Notes under the pieces: model-generated
Told to the model about the DNA's origin: nothing
Databases searched by the model: none
Seen by the model: the letters and a program-made list of their open reading frames with translations, nothing else
Part shown: positions 7,936 to 18,456 of the stretch, piece after piece
Position numbering within the stretch: the stretch's first letter is position 1
How the letters are laid out: each line of letters starts with the position of its first letter
Program-made: the position numbers and the translations under genes
From: Chloroflexota bacterium
GTDB lineage: Bacteria; Chloroflexota; Anaerolineae; B4-G1; SLSP01
Direction: 5' to 3'
Assembly (NCBI GenBank): GCA_029555965.1
Contig: JAKQHY010000096.1
Coordinates: 1 to 57,809 of the forward strand
Length of the DNA: 57,809 nucleotides

Positions 7936-10053
7936 TCAGTCACAGTCAGGAAGCGGCAGCGTGAAGGCAAATGTCGAGCCGCCCCCGGAGGTTTCGACCA
8001 CCCAGATACGCTCGCCGTGCGCCTCCAGGGCCATCCGGCAGAAAGCCAGCCCCAATCCGCTGCCGCGTTCCTGATGCGAGCCAGTCACAAATTTCTGAAA
8101 CAGTCGCTTGCGCACATCCTCTGGGATGCCCGGCCCGGTGTCACTCACCGAGACCTGGAGCTTGCATGCCGGAGTAGTGGGGATGACCACACGCACCCCC
8201 ACCGTTCCCCCTGCCGGCGTGAACTTAAGCGCATTGCCCACCAAATTCTGTAAGACTCGTTCCACCAGGTCCCTATCGGCCCGGACCTGGGGCAAGTCTG
8301 GCGAAACTTCTTTGCCCAATGTCAACTGCCGCTCGGCAGCGATCGGAGCCTGCATCGCCAGCACATCCTCCAACAAAACGGTGAAGTCGAAGAGGGTGAG
8401 ACTCAACGGCATTTTGCCACTTTCCAGGCGGTTAATATCGAGGATCGCCCCAACCAGACGCAGCATCCGCTGGACGCTGTCCTGCGCCGCTTCCAAAATC
8501 CGATGGTGCGATTGTGTGAACACACTGTCATAATCCGTCGAAAGCAGCCTTAACCCGGCGTAAATGCCGGAAAGCGGATTGCGCAGGTCATGCACCATTG
8601 TGTGGGTCAAATCCTCGCGGAAGCGCTCCAACAAACGCGCTTCCGTCACATCTTGCAGCACAAACAAACGCCCAACGGCGCGTTCGGTCTCCAACACCGG
8701 CAGATTTAGCCAGTGGATGATCCGGGCGCCTACCTGCATTTCGCCCTCGCCTGACCGAGCATCGCCGGCTTGCACTCGGCGTACTTCCGAGAGGATTACA
8801 TCTACCGCCTGCGGCGAATGTTCATACAGACGGCTCAACGCATCCCAAAACCACTGATCACCCCAGGAAACCGGATCGCCGGGCAACTTGAGCAGGTCCA
8901 GGGCCGGGCGGTTGATGACCAGCACGTGCATATCCAGGCCCAATAAGATAATCCCATCGCGACTGGACTGGATCAACGCGCGCAATCGGCTGCGTTCTTC
9001 GGTCACGGCCTGGAAGAGTTGCGCATTTTGGATCGTTATCGCCACTTGCGCCGCGATTGCCAGGAGCAAATCCAAATCGGCCTGGACAAAATCCGGCTGC
9101 TCAGCACGATTAACGGCCATCAACACTCCAAACACCTGGCTGCGCGCAAACAACGGCGCCGCCGCTATCGAACCGGTGTAAAGCCCCTTGTACCAATACA
9201 ACCCATGTTCGGTAGCGCGCGCCTGGGCTTCGGTTTTTTGCAAAAGCGCCGGCAACCCCTCGCGCAGCACACGGCCGGTCAAACCCTCCACCAACTCGTC
9301 ATAGGACAGCGGCACCACTTGCCCGCCGCCTGTCCCGCCGACGATGAAATGCCGCACCCGGCGGTTGTGCGTATCCAGGGAGACCAACAAAACCTGGTCG
9401 GCGTGAATGGCGGCGGCGACTTGATTCGTCACCTCCAACAACACCGAATCCGAAAAATACGGGGCATTCAACGTGCGGCTGGTGTGATAGAGGGTTTCTG
9501 TCTTATGTAGGGAGGCCCAGAAACGGTTCTCCAGCCGCTGCCGCTCTGTGACCTCACTCTGGAGCGCCGTGTAAAGGCGGGCATTGCGCAGGGTGAGAAG
9601 GAAGGTTTCGCCCAAAACTTCCGCTACCCGCTGCACCGCAGCGTCGCAAGCGTCCGGCGTGTCAAACGCGATGAGAAGCAGCAATTGCGCCCGCTCCCCC
9701 AGCTTCAACGGCGCCAAAAGGGCGCTGGCAATCTCAGCAGAATTCGGCCAGAAAACCGTCTCCGGCGATACCGTGGGCAGCAACTTCAGATTTCCGGCGC
9801 GCCAGACCTCTCCCGGCAGACTCCCGCTCACCGGCGTTTGCACGCCCAACGGCGGCGCCAGCGGGCCGGCGGCCGCCACCACGCGCAACTGCGTTCCCCC
9901 CTCACTGGGCGCAAAGAGGACTACGCCAGGCCAGCCGGTCAGCGCCGCCACGCCGGCTACCGCCTCCCCCAAGGCCTGATCCGGAGCGAGCGATTCATGC
10001 AGGGTCTTGAAGACTGCGCCCACCACGCTCAGCGGATCAAGTGGCGGTGTCAA
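7936..10053 (-). CDS. Sensor histidine kinase with tandem GAF/PAS sensory domains (orphan; no adjacent response regulator)
   Basis: H-box HDLRNPLSGI, the N/G1/G2 boxes of the HATPase_c ATPase domain (NLVGNALKFT..., DTGPGI, GSGLGL), and GAF-like segments upstream. TTG start with GGAGGAAG 4 nt upstream (RBS), overlapping the ftsK stop (TTGA). Confidence 0.85.
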   Translation of the reverse strand: MTPPLDPLSVVGAVFKTLHESLAPDQALGEAVAGVAALTGWPGVVLFAPSEGGTQLRVVAAAGPLAPPLGVQTPVSGSLPGEVWRAGNLKLLPTVSPETVFWPNSAEIASALLAPLKLGERAQLLLLIAFDTPDACDAAVQRVAEVLGETFLLTLRNARLYTALQSEVTERQRLENRFWASLHKTETLYHTSRTLNAPYFSDSVLLEVTNQVAAAIHADQVLLVSLDTHNRRVRHFIVGGTGGGQVVPLSYDELVEGLTGRVLREGLPALLQKTEAQARATEHGLYWYKGLYTGSIAAAPLFARSQVFGVLMAVNRAEQPDFVQADLDLLLAIAAQVAITIQNAQLFQAVTEERSRLRALIQSSRDGIILLGLDMHVLVINRPALDLLKLPGDPVSWGDQWFWDALSRLYEHSPQAVDVILSEVRRVQAGDARSGEGEMQVGARIIHWLNLPVLETERAVGRLFVLQDVTEARLLERFREDLTHTMVHDLRNPLSGIYAGLRLLSTDYDSVFTQSHHRILEAAQDSVQRMLRLVGAILDINRLESGKMPLSLTLFDFTVLLEDVLAMQAPIAAERQLTLGKEVSPDLPQVRADRDLVERVLQNLVGNALKFTPAGGTVGVRVVIPTTPACKLQVSVSDTGPGIPEDVRKRLFQKFVTGSHQERGSGLGLAFCRMALEAHGERIWVVETSGGGSTFAFTLPLPDCD

Positions 10054-12359
10054 AATTCTTCCTCCTCATCCCCCAGGATCACCCGCCGTTTGCGCCCGGC
10101 GCTTTCCTGCGGCCCGACCAGGCCCATCTTCTCCATCTCCTCCATCAAGCGGGCCGCGCGGGGATAGCTGATGCGCAGCCGCCTTTGCAAGCCCGAAGTG
10201 GAAATATCCCCCTTGTTCCGCGCCAGCGCGATGGCTTGCTCCAACAGATCGGCGTCCTCCGGCTGCCCCTCCAGACGCAGCGTGTCCGGGCCAGACGCTT
10301 CCACCATTTCCGCCCAGGGCGACTTAGCCGGTGTCGCCCCGGCCAACTTCTGCCAGGCGCGGATAATCGCCTCCAACTCCTCGTCCGAGATGTAACAACC
10401 CTGCACGCGCAACGGCGCCGAAGCATCCGGCGGCAAAAACAACATGTCGCCGCGTCCCATGAGCGACTCGGCTCCCGGCGTGTCAATGATCACCCGTGAG
10501 TCCACGATACTGGTCGTTGCAAAGCTGATCCGCGCCGGGAAGTTGGCCTTGATCAGTCCGGTAACGACGTCGGTGCTAGGCCGTTGCGTCGCCACCACCA
10601 GGTGGATGCCCGTCGCGCGCGCCATTTGTGCGATCCGAGTGAGCGTGCGCTCGGTTTCTTCTGGGACGGCCATCATCAAATCAGCCAGCTCATCAATCAA
10701 CACCACCATGCGCGGCAAAGTGGCCTCGCCAGCGGCCTGCATCTTTTGGTTGTAATCATCCAGGTGACGCGCCACCGCTGTCGCAAACAGCTTGTAACGC
10801 CGATCCATCTCGTGCGCCACCCAGCGCAGCGCGCGGATGATGGCTTCCAAATCGGTTTCGGTGCGCCCTAGCAAGTGCGGGAGGCCATTGAGGTGGCTCA
10901 GTTCGACCATTTTGGGGTCAATGGTGACCAGGCGCAGCGTCTCCGGCGTGTTGAACATCGCCAGACTCGCGGCCAGCACTTTGACGAAAACCGACTTGCC
11001 GCTGCCGGTCGTTCCGGCGACCAACAGGTGCGGCATCACTGAAAGGTCGGCCACGATGGGCGTCCCGGCGACGTCCAGCCCCACAGCGAAGCACAAGGGC
11101 TTGCGACACTTGCGAAACTCCTCGCTTTCCAGAACCGCGCGCATCGAGACGAGGCTGACCTCTTCGTTGGGCACCTCGATGCCGACCACAGCGCGACCCG
11201 GCGCCGGCGCTTCGATGCGCAGCGCTTTGGCCGCCAGTGTCAACGCAAGGTCGTCGGCCAACGAGGCGATCTGGCTGACGCGCACTTTGCGTTGCTCCTC
11301 GCCATCAGGGCCGCGGCTGACGTAGCCAGGGGAGACGCCAAATTGCGTCACGATGGGGCCGGGGCGCACCTCCGTCACCCGGGCCGGCACCCCGAACTGC
11401 GCCAGGGTTTCTTCAATGATGCGGCTCTTGCGGCGCAGTTCCTCCTGGTCAATGCCGCCCGCGCGCCCGGCCTTCAACAGCGTCAAAGGAGGGAGCGCCG
11501 ACGGCAAGGCGTCAGATGGTGCTTCAAGTGGGGAAGGCGCGGCCGGCGCAGCAGCAGAGGAGGCCATCGCCACGGCGCCCACCGTGAGCGGCACGGAAGG
11601 CGGCGGCGCGGGCGCCGGCGGAGCCACTGAGGAGACGGGCGCGCCTGACGGTGGAACTGGCTCCTGGGCGAGGCGTTCCTGCGCAGCGCGACGAGCAGCC
11701 TGGCGCGCCTGGAAAGCAGCCACCACCTCCAGCACCCGCTGGCCGAAAGTTTTCAAGTCTCCGGGGGTCAGGTCAAATGCCAGACCAATGCCAACCAACA
11801 TGATCAGCAACATCAAGACGCCCGTGATCAGCGGCCCCAAATACTCACTGAGAAGCACATAGAGCGCCCAGCCCACCACGCCGCCCCCTCGACCGGTTTC
11901 GATCAATGACCAGCCATAGTGGCGCATAAAGATATGGGTCAGGGTAAGGAGGGAGACAAAGGCCAACTCAAAACCGAGAAAGGGTCGCCAACGCCAGGTC
12001 ATCGGTTGATGCACCAGGTGACGCAGCCACAGCAGTCCCACCGCAATGAACAACATCGCCACCGGATAGGCGCCCCAACCAAAGAGGAAGACCAAAAAGC
12101 GCGCCCAGCCGGTGATCAAATCCCCCGAATTGACGCCGGCAATCGTGACCAGGGTGAGCAGTCCAAAGGCCATCAAGAGTAGCGCGAACAATTGCCGCCC
12201 CAACGGGCCGCTCACGGCTGCCCAGATTTGCCCTCCCATGCGCTGCCACGATGGCGGGGCGGGGGGCGCCTCCGGCTGCCGACTGCGCGCTGCGCCAGGG
12301 CTGCTGCGCGGACGCGCCATCCGCCCGGCGCTATAGGTGGTTTTCTTACGCGGCGGCAT
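10050..12359 (-). CDS. ftsK: DNA translocase FtsK/SpoIIIE
   Basis: N-terminal multi-TM domain, an Ala/Pro-rich linker, Walker A GTTGSGKS, and a C-terminal winged-helix gamma domain. Confidence 0.9.
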   Translation of the reverse strand: MPPRKKTTYSAGRMARPRSSPGAARSRQPEAPPAPPSWQRMGGQIWAAVSGPLGRQLFALLLMAFGLLTLVTIAGVNSGDLITGWARFLVFLFGWGAYPVAMLFIAVGLLWLRHLVHQPMTWRWRPFLGFELAFVSLLTLTHIFMRHYGWSLIETGRGGGVVGWALYVLLSEYLGPLITGVLMLLIMLVGIGLAFDLTPGDLKTFGQRVLEVVAAFQARQAARRAAQERLAQEPVPPSGAPVSSVAPPAPAPPPSVPLTVGAVAMASSAAAPAAPSPLEAPSDALPSALPPLTLLKAGRAGGIDQEELRRKSRIIEETLAQFGVPARVTEVRPGPIVTQFGVSPGYVSRGPDGEEQRKVRVSQIASLADDLALTLAAKALRIEAPAPGRAVVGIEVPNEEVSLVSMRAVLESEEFRKCRKPLCFAVGLDVAGTPIVADLSVMPHLLVAGTTGSGKSVFVKVLAASLAMFNTPETLRLVTIDPKMVELSHLNGLPHLLGRTETDLEAIIRALRWVAHEMDRRYKLFATAVARHLDDYNQKMQAAGEATLPRMVVLIDELADLMMAVPEETERTLTRIAQMARATGIHLVVATQRPSTDVVTGLIKANFPARISFATTSIVDSRVIIDTPGAESLMGRGDMLFLPPDASAPLRVQGCYISDEELEAIIRAWQKLAGATPAKSPWAEMVEASGPDTLRLEGQPEDADLLEQAIALARNKGDISTSGLQRRLRISYPRAARLMEEMEKMGLVGPQESAGRKRRVILGDEEEEF

Positions 12360-13290
12360 GAATCACGCCTGCATCCACCAGGCCGAGCGCGATACGATGT
12401 TCATCCGGCATAATCTCCAAGATGCGGACCGGGACTTTCTGTCCGACCTGATAGATGCGCGGCGGCAGAAACGCGCTTTCCAGCTCGGAAATGTGCAGCA
12501 ATCCCTCCAGGCCATCCCGCAATTCCAGGAAAACCCCAAACCGCTCCACGCTGACGACTTCACCTAGCAGCACGTCGCCCGGCTTAAGGTGGCTTTCTAC
12601 CGAAGACCAGGGATTGGAGTTGAGGCGCTTGATACTCAGTCCTACGCGCTGATGTTCGGGATCTACGTTGAGAATCTTCACGCGCACGTTTTGCCCCGGT
12701 TCCAGAAAATCGCGGGGGTGCCGGACACGGCCCCAGGAAATTTCGGAGATATGGACCATCCCTTCCAGCGGGCCAATGTCCACAAATGCGCCGAACGGCC
12801 GCACGCTGGTCACGGTGCCCTCGCACACCCGGCCCGCGCTCAACCAGCCGGGCCATTCCGGTGCGACCAACTCACATTCCGTCACCTGCCGCTCAGAAAG
12901 CAAGATGCGATTGCGCTGGGGTTCCACTTCAATGATACACAGGCGCAACTGCCGCCCCACGTACCGAGAAAAGCACACCTCACGCGCATCCAGGTCCGCC
13001 GGAAAAGGGTAGTCTATCAAATGGGAAGCCGGCACGAAACACTCAATGCCTTTCCAATGGGCCATCACCCCACCCCGGTTGAAGTCATCAATGACCAGTT
13101 CCAGGATGGTGTGGGCCTGTTGCAGTGCGCGCGCTTCGTCCCAGATCGCATCCGCGATGGGCGAGGCTTCGGTCCACTCCCAGACAATCTGCGTCTGCCC
13201 GGTACTGACAGGCCCTTGGCCCAAAAGAGCTTGCCAGTAATCTTCATTGGGAGAAACATACGGGGGAATATAACGATCCATCAAAGTCAC
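12346..13290 (-). CDS. S1 RNA-binding domain protein (3 S1 domains)
   Basis: Repeated S1/OB signatures (GTVTSVRPFGAFVDI, GEVVSVERFGVFLEL, HISEL). It overlaps the ftsK start by 14 bp. Confidence 0.7.
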   Translation of the reverse strand: MTLMDRYIPPYVSPNEDYWQALLGQGPVSTGQTQIVWEWTEASPIADAIWDEARALQQAHTILELVIDDFNRGGVMAHWKGIECFVPASHLIDYPFPADLDAREVCFSRYVGRQLRLCIIEVEPQRNRILLSERQVTECELVAPEWPGWLSAGRVCEGTVTSVRPFGAFVDIGPLEGMVHISEISWGRVRHPRDFLEPGQNVRVKILNVDPEHQRVGLSIKRLNSNPWSSVESHLKPGDVLLGEVVSVERFGVFLELRDGLEGLLHISELESAFLPPRIYQVGQKVPVRILEIMPDEHRIALGLVDAGVIHAAA

Positions 13291-13377
13291 TCCTTGCCCT
13301 AGCTAAATGCGCCCACAGATGCCTGACGACGCCCGATAAGACCCGTGCGAAAACCGGTTTCAGGGAAGCCTACCGCC

Positions 13378-15246
13378 TCAAGTCGGTTTCCGCGCCTCCT
13401 TCTCCATTTCGGCAATAATCTGCGCCAAATTTTCAATGGCGACCCGTTGTTTACGGTAGAAATCGGCCTCACTAACGGCCAGTTTCAACGTCACTTCACG
13501 CACTTTGTGACCCCGCAAGAATTTCATTTCCAGGATATTGTATAACAACCACTCGGGGGCTGTCAACTTGCGTTCACCGTCTGGACGCAGTTGTTCGATA
13601 GCCTCGGTCAACACCGTCCGCAGCCCCTTGACCGGGTTGCCGTCGTTAGCAATGGCAGCCTGTTTGACAATCGCCAGGTCCAACAGCGGGTTCTCGGTCA
13701 GCCGGGGACCGCCCCAATAGTGCGCGAGCGCATCGTGTACCCACTGAGGCAAATCGGTCGAGAGATTCGTGGAAAACCCTTCGACGGCCTGGCCTTCATA
13801 GCGCAGCAACTGCCCGCGTTGTTGAATATCTTTGAGTTCCGGCAGCAAGGGAGAAAAGGCGGCAAAGACCTCCTGCTGCAAGCGGCGGTCTTCCAGAGCC
13901 GCCGTAATTTGCAGGCGCAACTGGGTCAACAACGCATCCTGTGTTTCCGACAAAGGCAGCGCCACTTCTGGCGATTGCAGTCCGGCTAACCCCAGGAGGG
14001 TTTGCCCTTCCCGGTCGTGGATAGGAAGCACCCAGTAGCCATCCCAGAAGATAAAGCGATCTTGTGAGTTGGCGCGCGCCACCTCCGCCAGGGGAATTTC
14101 GGCGCGTGTTTCCGGCGTTAACCAGAGATCGCACCAAATTTCCCACGAGAGCTTGTCGTCCACCAGAATCGCCAGGAACCCGCCCTTGCTGTGCAGCGCC
14201 TCACACAAGGCCGCCAGGACATTTTCCAGGAATTGGCGCAAGTCGGCGGTGGTGAGCAAGCGTTGGCTCAATTCCTGCACCTGAGCGACCTCAACGTGGC
14301 CTTCACGATAAAGCGCCAAATCCAACAGCGGTTTGGCTAACTCGACGCCTAACTGCGCCAACACCACAGTGCCGCCCATCGCAATCAGCGAGAGCGTGAA
14401 CGGCCCCAGACCCAATAGCGGCTCCAGCAGCCAACCTACTGCGAACATACTTAATGCTAAAATCGCTGTCAGCGGTCCCCGCAGCAAGAAGCGCACCAGC
14501 CGGTGTTTGATCACACGGTCGGGGGTAAAGACCCCGATAAAGGCCACGCTGTAGGCCATCAACACCAACATGCTGGCTACGGCCACATTGCCTACGATAA
14601 GAAAGAGCCAGAGAAACATAGTGGGCAGTTGTGACGGCCAACCGGTCAGCAGCAGATACGGAAAAACGCCCATCGCCGGCGCGACGAAACCGATAGAGAG
14701 ATAGGCCATACGCCGCCGCGCCGCGCGGGTATAACAGCGTTGTCGGGCCGAGAGCGTCGCCCGCACCCCCCAGAGGGTGGTCACACCCAAGTAGACCGCA
14801 AACGGGTAGAAAAGCGGGCCGGATTGCATATGGAACACACCCGCCGAAATCCGCCCGCCGGAAACCACCCAATCGGTATACACCACGCACAACAGAATGG
14901 CGGCGCTCGTCAAGAAACTGGTAGGCCCTAACCACGGCGCAGCATGGTCTTCCAAAACTGAGCGCCGGATCGCCCGGACAAACATTAAATAAAAGGCCGG
15001 CGTAAAGGTGATGCCGATCCATTGCATCCGCAGCAAGGCACTGGCGCGCTCCAGGTTGGTGATGTTGGTCAGCAGCAAGTCCACCAGATAAACGCCGAGC
15101 ACGCACCCCAACAAACCCAAAAAGGCGCGGGCCACGCGACTCTCGCGGTTGTATGCCCACAGATAGACCCCCAGCGCAAAGGCCGTGACCCCAACGCCAA
15201 TGGTTAAAACGTCATTGGCGCGGATCAAAAAATACTGCCAATCCAT
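13378..15246 (-). CDS. Membrane one-component regulator: N-terminal 7TM sensor domain, GAF-like middle region, and C-terminal sigma-70 region-4/LuxR-like helix-turn-helix (HTH)
   Basis: ~7 predicted TM helices in the first 280 aa. The C-terminal region (LTAPEWLLYNILEMKFLRGHKVREVTLKLAVSEADFYRKQRVAIENL) resembles sigma region 4 / HTH. Confidence 0.55.
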   Translation of the reverse strand: MDWQYFLIRANDVLTIGVGVTAFALGVYLWAYNRESRVARAFLGLLGCVLGVYLVDLLLTNITNLERASALLRMQWIGITFTPAFYLMFVRAIRRSVLEDHAAPWLGPTSFLTSAAILLCVVYTDWVVSGGRISAGVFHMQSGPLFYPFAVYLGVTTLWGVRATLSARQRCYTRAARRRMAYLSIGFVAPAMGVFPYLLLTGWPSQLPTMFLWLFLIVGNVAVASMLVLMAYSVAFIGVFTPDRVIKHRLVRFLLRGPLTAILALSMFAVGWLLEPLLGLGPFTLSLIAMGGTVVLAQLGVELAKPLLDLALYREGHVEVAQVQELSQRLLTTADLRQFLENVLAALCEALHSKGGFLAILVDDKLSWEIWCDLWLTPETRAEIPLAEVARANSQDRFIFWDGYWVLPIHDREGQTLLGLAGLQSPEVALPLSETQDALLTQLRLQITAALEDRRLQQEVFAAFSPLLPELKDIQQRGQLLRYEGQAVEGFSTNLSTDLPQWVHDALAHYWGGPRLTENPLLDLAIVKQAAIANDGNPVKGLRTVLTEAIEQLRPDGERKLTAPEWLLYNILEMKFLRGHKVREVTLKLAVSEADFYRKQRVAIENLAQIIAEMEKEARKPT

Positions 15247-15263
15247 AACTTACCGCAACCGTC

Positions 15264-15797
15264 TTAACGCAATCGTCTGCGAAAAAAGAGCGCGGCCGTT
15301 TGTTCCGGCCAGTAAGCATCTTGATATCCACAAAACGTAAAGTGGTGCTTTAAAGCAAAGCTAATAGCCGGCTGCGCCTTGAGCGAGCAGGCAAAGATCG
15401 CCTGGGGGACATTGTGCCGCAGACACCACTCAATCCCTTGCTGCAACAAGGCCGTTCCCACTCCCTGCCGCCGATGGCCTTCCCCCACCCCCAAATCCAC
15501 GATGCGTGCTTGCTGGCAAGCCAACTCCAACTGCAAGGTGATGTAACCCAAGATCTTCCGCTGCTCCGCAGCTACGAAGAAACCATCGCAACGTTCCCAG
15601 GCCGGGGCGCGCTGTTCCGACACCAATAGCGGCGTGATGCGCTGGCGACGCGGCAAACGGACTTCCCTAAAACGCGCGCCCCACTCTCCCTCACTCGCCA
15701 CTTCCTCCATCTGCCAGGCAAATTCGGTTTCATAAGACAAATCCAGTTCCAGGCAGGCTTTGAAATCCTTTTCACGTGACACTCGAATATGCACCAT
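15264..15797 (-). CDS. GNAT family N-acetyltransferase
   Basis: Acetyl-CoA binding motif RRQGVGTALL and overall GNAT topology. Confidence 0.8.
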   Translation of the reverse strand: MVHIRVSREKDFKACLELDLSYETEFAWQMEEVASEGEWGARFREVRLPRRQRITPLLVSEQRAPAWERCDGFFVAAEQRKILGYITLQLELACQQARIVDLGVGEGHRRQGVGTALLQQGIEWCLRHNVPQAIFACSLKAQPAISFALKHHFTFCGYQDAYWPEQTAALFFRRRLR

Positions 15798-15806
15798 AAT
15801 CTCCCC

Positions 15807-16556
15807 TCACGGCTGCACAGCCACAATATTTAACGGAATGGTACACATCGTGGTATTCCCATAAATATCCACGACGACTAACTGAAATTGATAGGGGCCG
15901 CCCGGCGGATACAAATTTGGGTCGGAAACGTCCCACGTCCCCAAAAAGGCGTTATCTTGAGCGGCATTGTACTGCGCCAAGAAATTCGGCGTATCCGCGC
16001 CGGGAAAACGCACCTCGAACTTGTAGTAGGAGAAAGCGTTGACCTTGGCAGTGCCAAAAATCTCCACTACCCCGGAAAGATTACTGCCGGCCACCGGGGA
16101 AGTTAACTGCGCGCCGGGTGACGGACAGTCCGGCAGGGGGGCTTCCACCGGCGCGGTCGTTGGCGCGGGCGCCGGCGTATCCGTGACGGATGGTGTAGGC
16201 CCGGAAACCACCACCGAGGTCATCACGCCGGTCGCCATCAGGGTGGGCGCCGGCGAGGGGGTAGGGGTGCGCAAACCCACCTGTAAAGTAGCCGTAGCTT
16301 TTACCGGCTCCGGCGGCGCCGGCAACACAAAGGTTCTGATAAAAAAGACGATAGCGCCCAACAGCAAAAAGAGGGCGGCCATCCACCAGGCCCGCACCAT
16401 CCGCTGCTGATGCACCTCCCGTTCCAACGAGAATTGCGCAACATCCCGCCGGCTTTTGAAGGTCCCGGCAGCGATCATATACCCCAAGGCCCCCAATCCG
16501 CACAGGCCGTACACAATCACTGCCTGGCGGCTCAACCACGCCAACACGACACTCAT
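15807..16556 (-). CDS. Hypothetical membrane-anchored protein with a Pro/Thr-rich linker and a C-terminal beta-rich domain
   Basis: The ATG at 16556 overlaps the PNP stop (ATGA). It has an N-terminal TM segment and a PT-rich linker. The longer ORF up to 16709 lacks support. Confidence 0.5.
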   Translation of the reverse strand: MSVVLAWLSRQAVIVYGLCGLGALGYMIAAGTFKSRRDVAQFSLEREVHQQRMVRAWWMAALFLLLGAIVFFIRTFVLPAPPEPVKATATLQVGLRTPTPSPAPTLMATGVMTSVVVSGPTPSVTDTPAPAPTTAPVEAPLPDCPSPGAQLTSPVAGSNLSGVVEIFGTAKVNAFSYYKFEVRFPGADTPNFLAQYNAAQDNAFLGTWDVSDPNLYPPGGPYQFQLVVVDIYGNTTMCTIPLNIVAVQP

Positions 16557-17392
16557 AGGGCGCGCAATACTCCTCGGATGATGGTCGCCAGACGCGGCAC
16601 CAACAGCGTCCCCGCGGCCAAGACCTCCTCGTGATTGGGGGCCGGCGCGCCTTCCTCGCCCATCAACACATTGCTGATACCGGACAGACCCAACACCCGC
16701 AGGCCACAATGCCGCGCGGCGATCACCTCCGGCACGGTAGACATCCCCACGGCATCCGCGCCAATCAACCGCAGAAAACGCACATCGGCGGGGGTCTCAA
16801 AGCTCGGCCCGGCCAGGCAGATGTAAACGCCCTGATGATGGGGGATACCACCGGCCAGGGCCGCCTCCCGCGCCAACTCGCGCAACGCCGGTTCATAGGC
16901 GGCATTCATGCTAGGAAAACGCGGCCCAAACTCTTCCAAATTAGGCCCGCGCAGCGGATTTAAGCCGGCCATACCGATCAAGTTGATATGATCGCAGATG
17001 ACCATCACATCGCCAGGGCGATAGGTCAGGTTGAGGCCGCCTGCCGCGTTAGTCACAATCAACATCTCGGCACCCAGCAACCGCATCACCCGCACCGGCA
17101 AGCCCACCTGCGCCATACTGTATCCTTCATAGTAGTGGGCGCGCCCCTGCATCACCATCACCGGCGTTCCGTCCAATTCACCGAACAACAATCGCCCTTG
17201 ATGCCCCACCACCGTAGAAACCGGAAAGTGGGGGATCGCCTCAAAGGGAATTTCAATTGCGCGTGTAACCGCTTCGGCCAGTGGATTCAAGCCGGAGCCG
17301 AGAATCAGCCCCACGCGAGGAACAATTTCCGTATGGCGACGGATCGCCGCAACGGATTCCTGCAACAGCGCCATCGTGTAATATTCAGCCAT
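16553..17392 (-). CDS. punA: Purine nucleoside phosphorylase (PNP/MTAP family, PunA-type)
   Basis: GSGLN, VMQGRAHYYEGY, and THEEV motifs. The start is the ATG at 17392, with a GGAGGAAG RBS 5 nt upstream. Confidence 0.85.
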   Translation of the reverse strand: MAEYYTMALLQESVAAIRRHTEIVPRVGLILGSGLNPLAEAVTRAIEIPFEAIPHFPVSTVVGHQGRLLFGELDGTPVMVMQGRAHYYEGYSMAQVGLPVRVMRLLGAEMLIVTNAAGGLNLTYRPGDVMVICDHINLIGMAGLNPLRGPNLEEFGPRFPSMNAAYEPALRELAREAALAGGIPHHQGVYICLAGPSFETPADVRFLRLIGADAVGMSTVPEVIAARHCGLRVLGLSGISNVLMGEEGAPAPNHEEVLAAGTLLVPRLATIIRGVLRAL

Positions 17393-17458
17393 ACACTTCC
17401 TCCAAAATGCATGAGATATAGTCAAGAAATAACCGGATATGGGTAACGGGCAACCGAT

Positions 17459-18430
17459 TCACGCCCAGCGGTTGTCAATTTCGAATGTCTGATTGCCAAC
17501 TTCTGTCTCATCGCTCCCCATCGCCGGGGCCTCTGGCATACGCGCGCGGGGGTGCGCCCGATCATAGGCCTCCCGGCGGCGACGGCTGGACACTTCTGTG
17601 TAAATCTGTGTGGTGGAAATGCTTGCGTGCCCCAGGAATTGCTGCACCTCCGTCAACTCCGCGCCGCCATCCAACAAATGGGTAGCAAAGGTGTGGCGCA
17701 GCGTGTGGGGCGAGACGCCCTCCCCCAACCCGGCAGCCTGGGCATAATTCTGTACCAGGAAATGTAATCCCTGACGGGTCAACGGCTGTCCAGCGCGGTT
17801 AACGAACAAGGCGCGCTCGGCCCCATCGCGCAGCAAAAAAGGCCGCCCATCTTGGAGATACCGCCGCAGACATGCCTGTACCGTCTGGTGGAGGGGGATC
17901 AACCGCTCCTTGGCGCCCTTCCCCAAGCAGCGCACCAGACCCGTTGTGAGATCAACCGCGTCTATCTGTAGTCCGACAATCTCACTGGCCCGCATCCCGG
18001 TGGCGTACAACAATTCTAGGAGCGCCTGATCGCGCAGGCCCAGCGGCGTCTGCTCGGCGGCGGCTAACGCTAACATCTGCGTCACCTCCTCTTGAGAAAG
18101 AGTACGCGGTAGACGTTTGCCGACCTTCGGCTGGTGTAACCAATCTGCGAGATCGGGCTTGACTGCCCCCTCAGCGAACAGGAAGTTGATCAGCGAGCGC
18201 ACCACAGCAATCTTACGGGACACCGTAGCTTCACGGTAGCGGTGTTGTTGGAGCATCTCCACAAATTGTTCCAACAAGGTGGGGGTTAGCGCCTCCCAAT
18301 CCTCGGCCTCCTGCTCCTGCGCAAAGGCCACAAACTGCGCCAAATCGCGGCGGTATGCCGCCACAGTGTTCACGCTGTAGCCTCGTTCTATCTGTATGTA
18401 ACGTAGAAAACGCCGGATGTTGACTTCCAT
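17459..18430 (-). CDS. xerD: Tyrosine recombinase XerD/XerC
   Basis: C-terminal catalytic motifs R..HxxR..Y (HTLRHTFATHLL...GHASISTTQIYTEV). N-terminal NTVAAYRRDL is XerD-like. It sits in a housekeeping context rather than a phage context. Confidence 0.8.
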   Translation of the reverse strand: MEVNIRRFLRYIQIERGYSVNTVAAYRRDLAQFVAFAQEQEAEDWEALTPTLLEQFVEMLQQHRYREATVSRKIAVVRSLINFLFAEGAVKPDLADWLHQPKVGKRLPRTLSQEEVTQMLALAAAEQTPLGLRDQALLELLYATGMRASEIVGLQIDAVDLTTGLVRCLGKGAKERLIPLHQTVQACLRRYLQDGRPFLLRDGAERALFVNRAGQPLTRQGLHFLVQNYAQAAGLGEGVSPHTLRHTFATHLLDGGAELTEVQQFLGHASISTTQIYTEVSSRRRREAYDRAHPRARMPEAPAMGSDETEVGNQTFEIDNRWA

Positions 18431-18456
18431 AGCACCCAGAATTATACCTGACAGCC

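Noticed and set aside
17459-18430. Tyrosine recombinase as a possible prophage or integrative-element integrase
   Set aside because: XerD-like sequence motifs and a housekeeping neighbourhood (PNP, glycosyltransferase, gmk), with a tight operon-like arrangement. No att-like repeats or phage genes are present, and the tRNA is 25 kb away.
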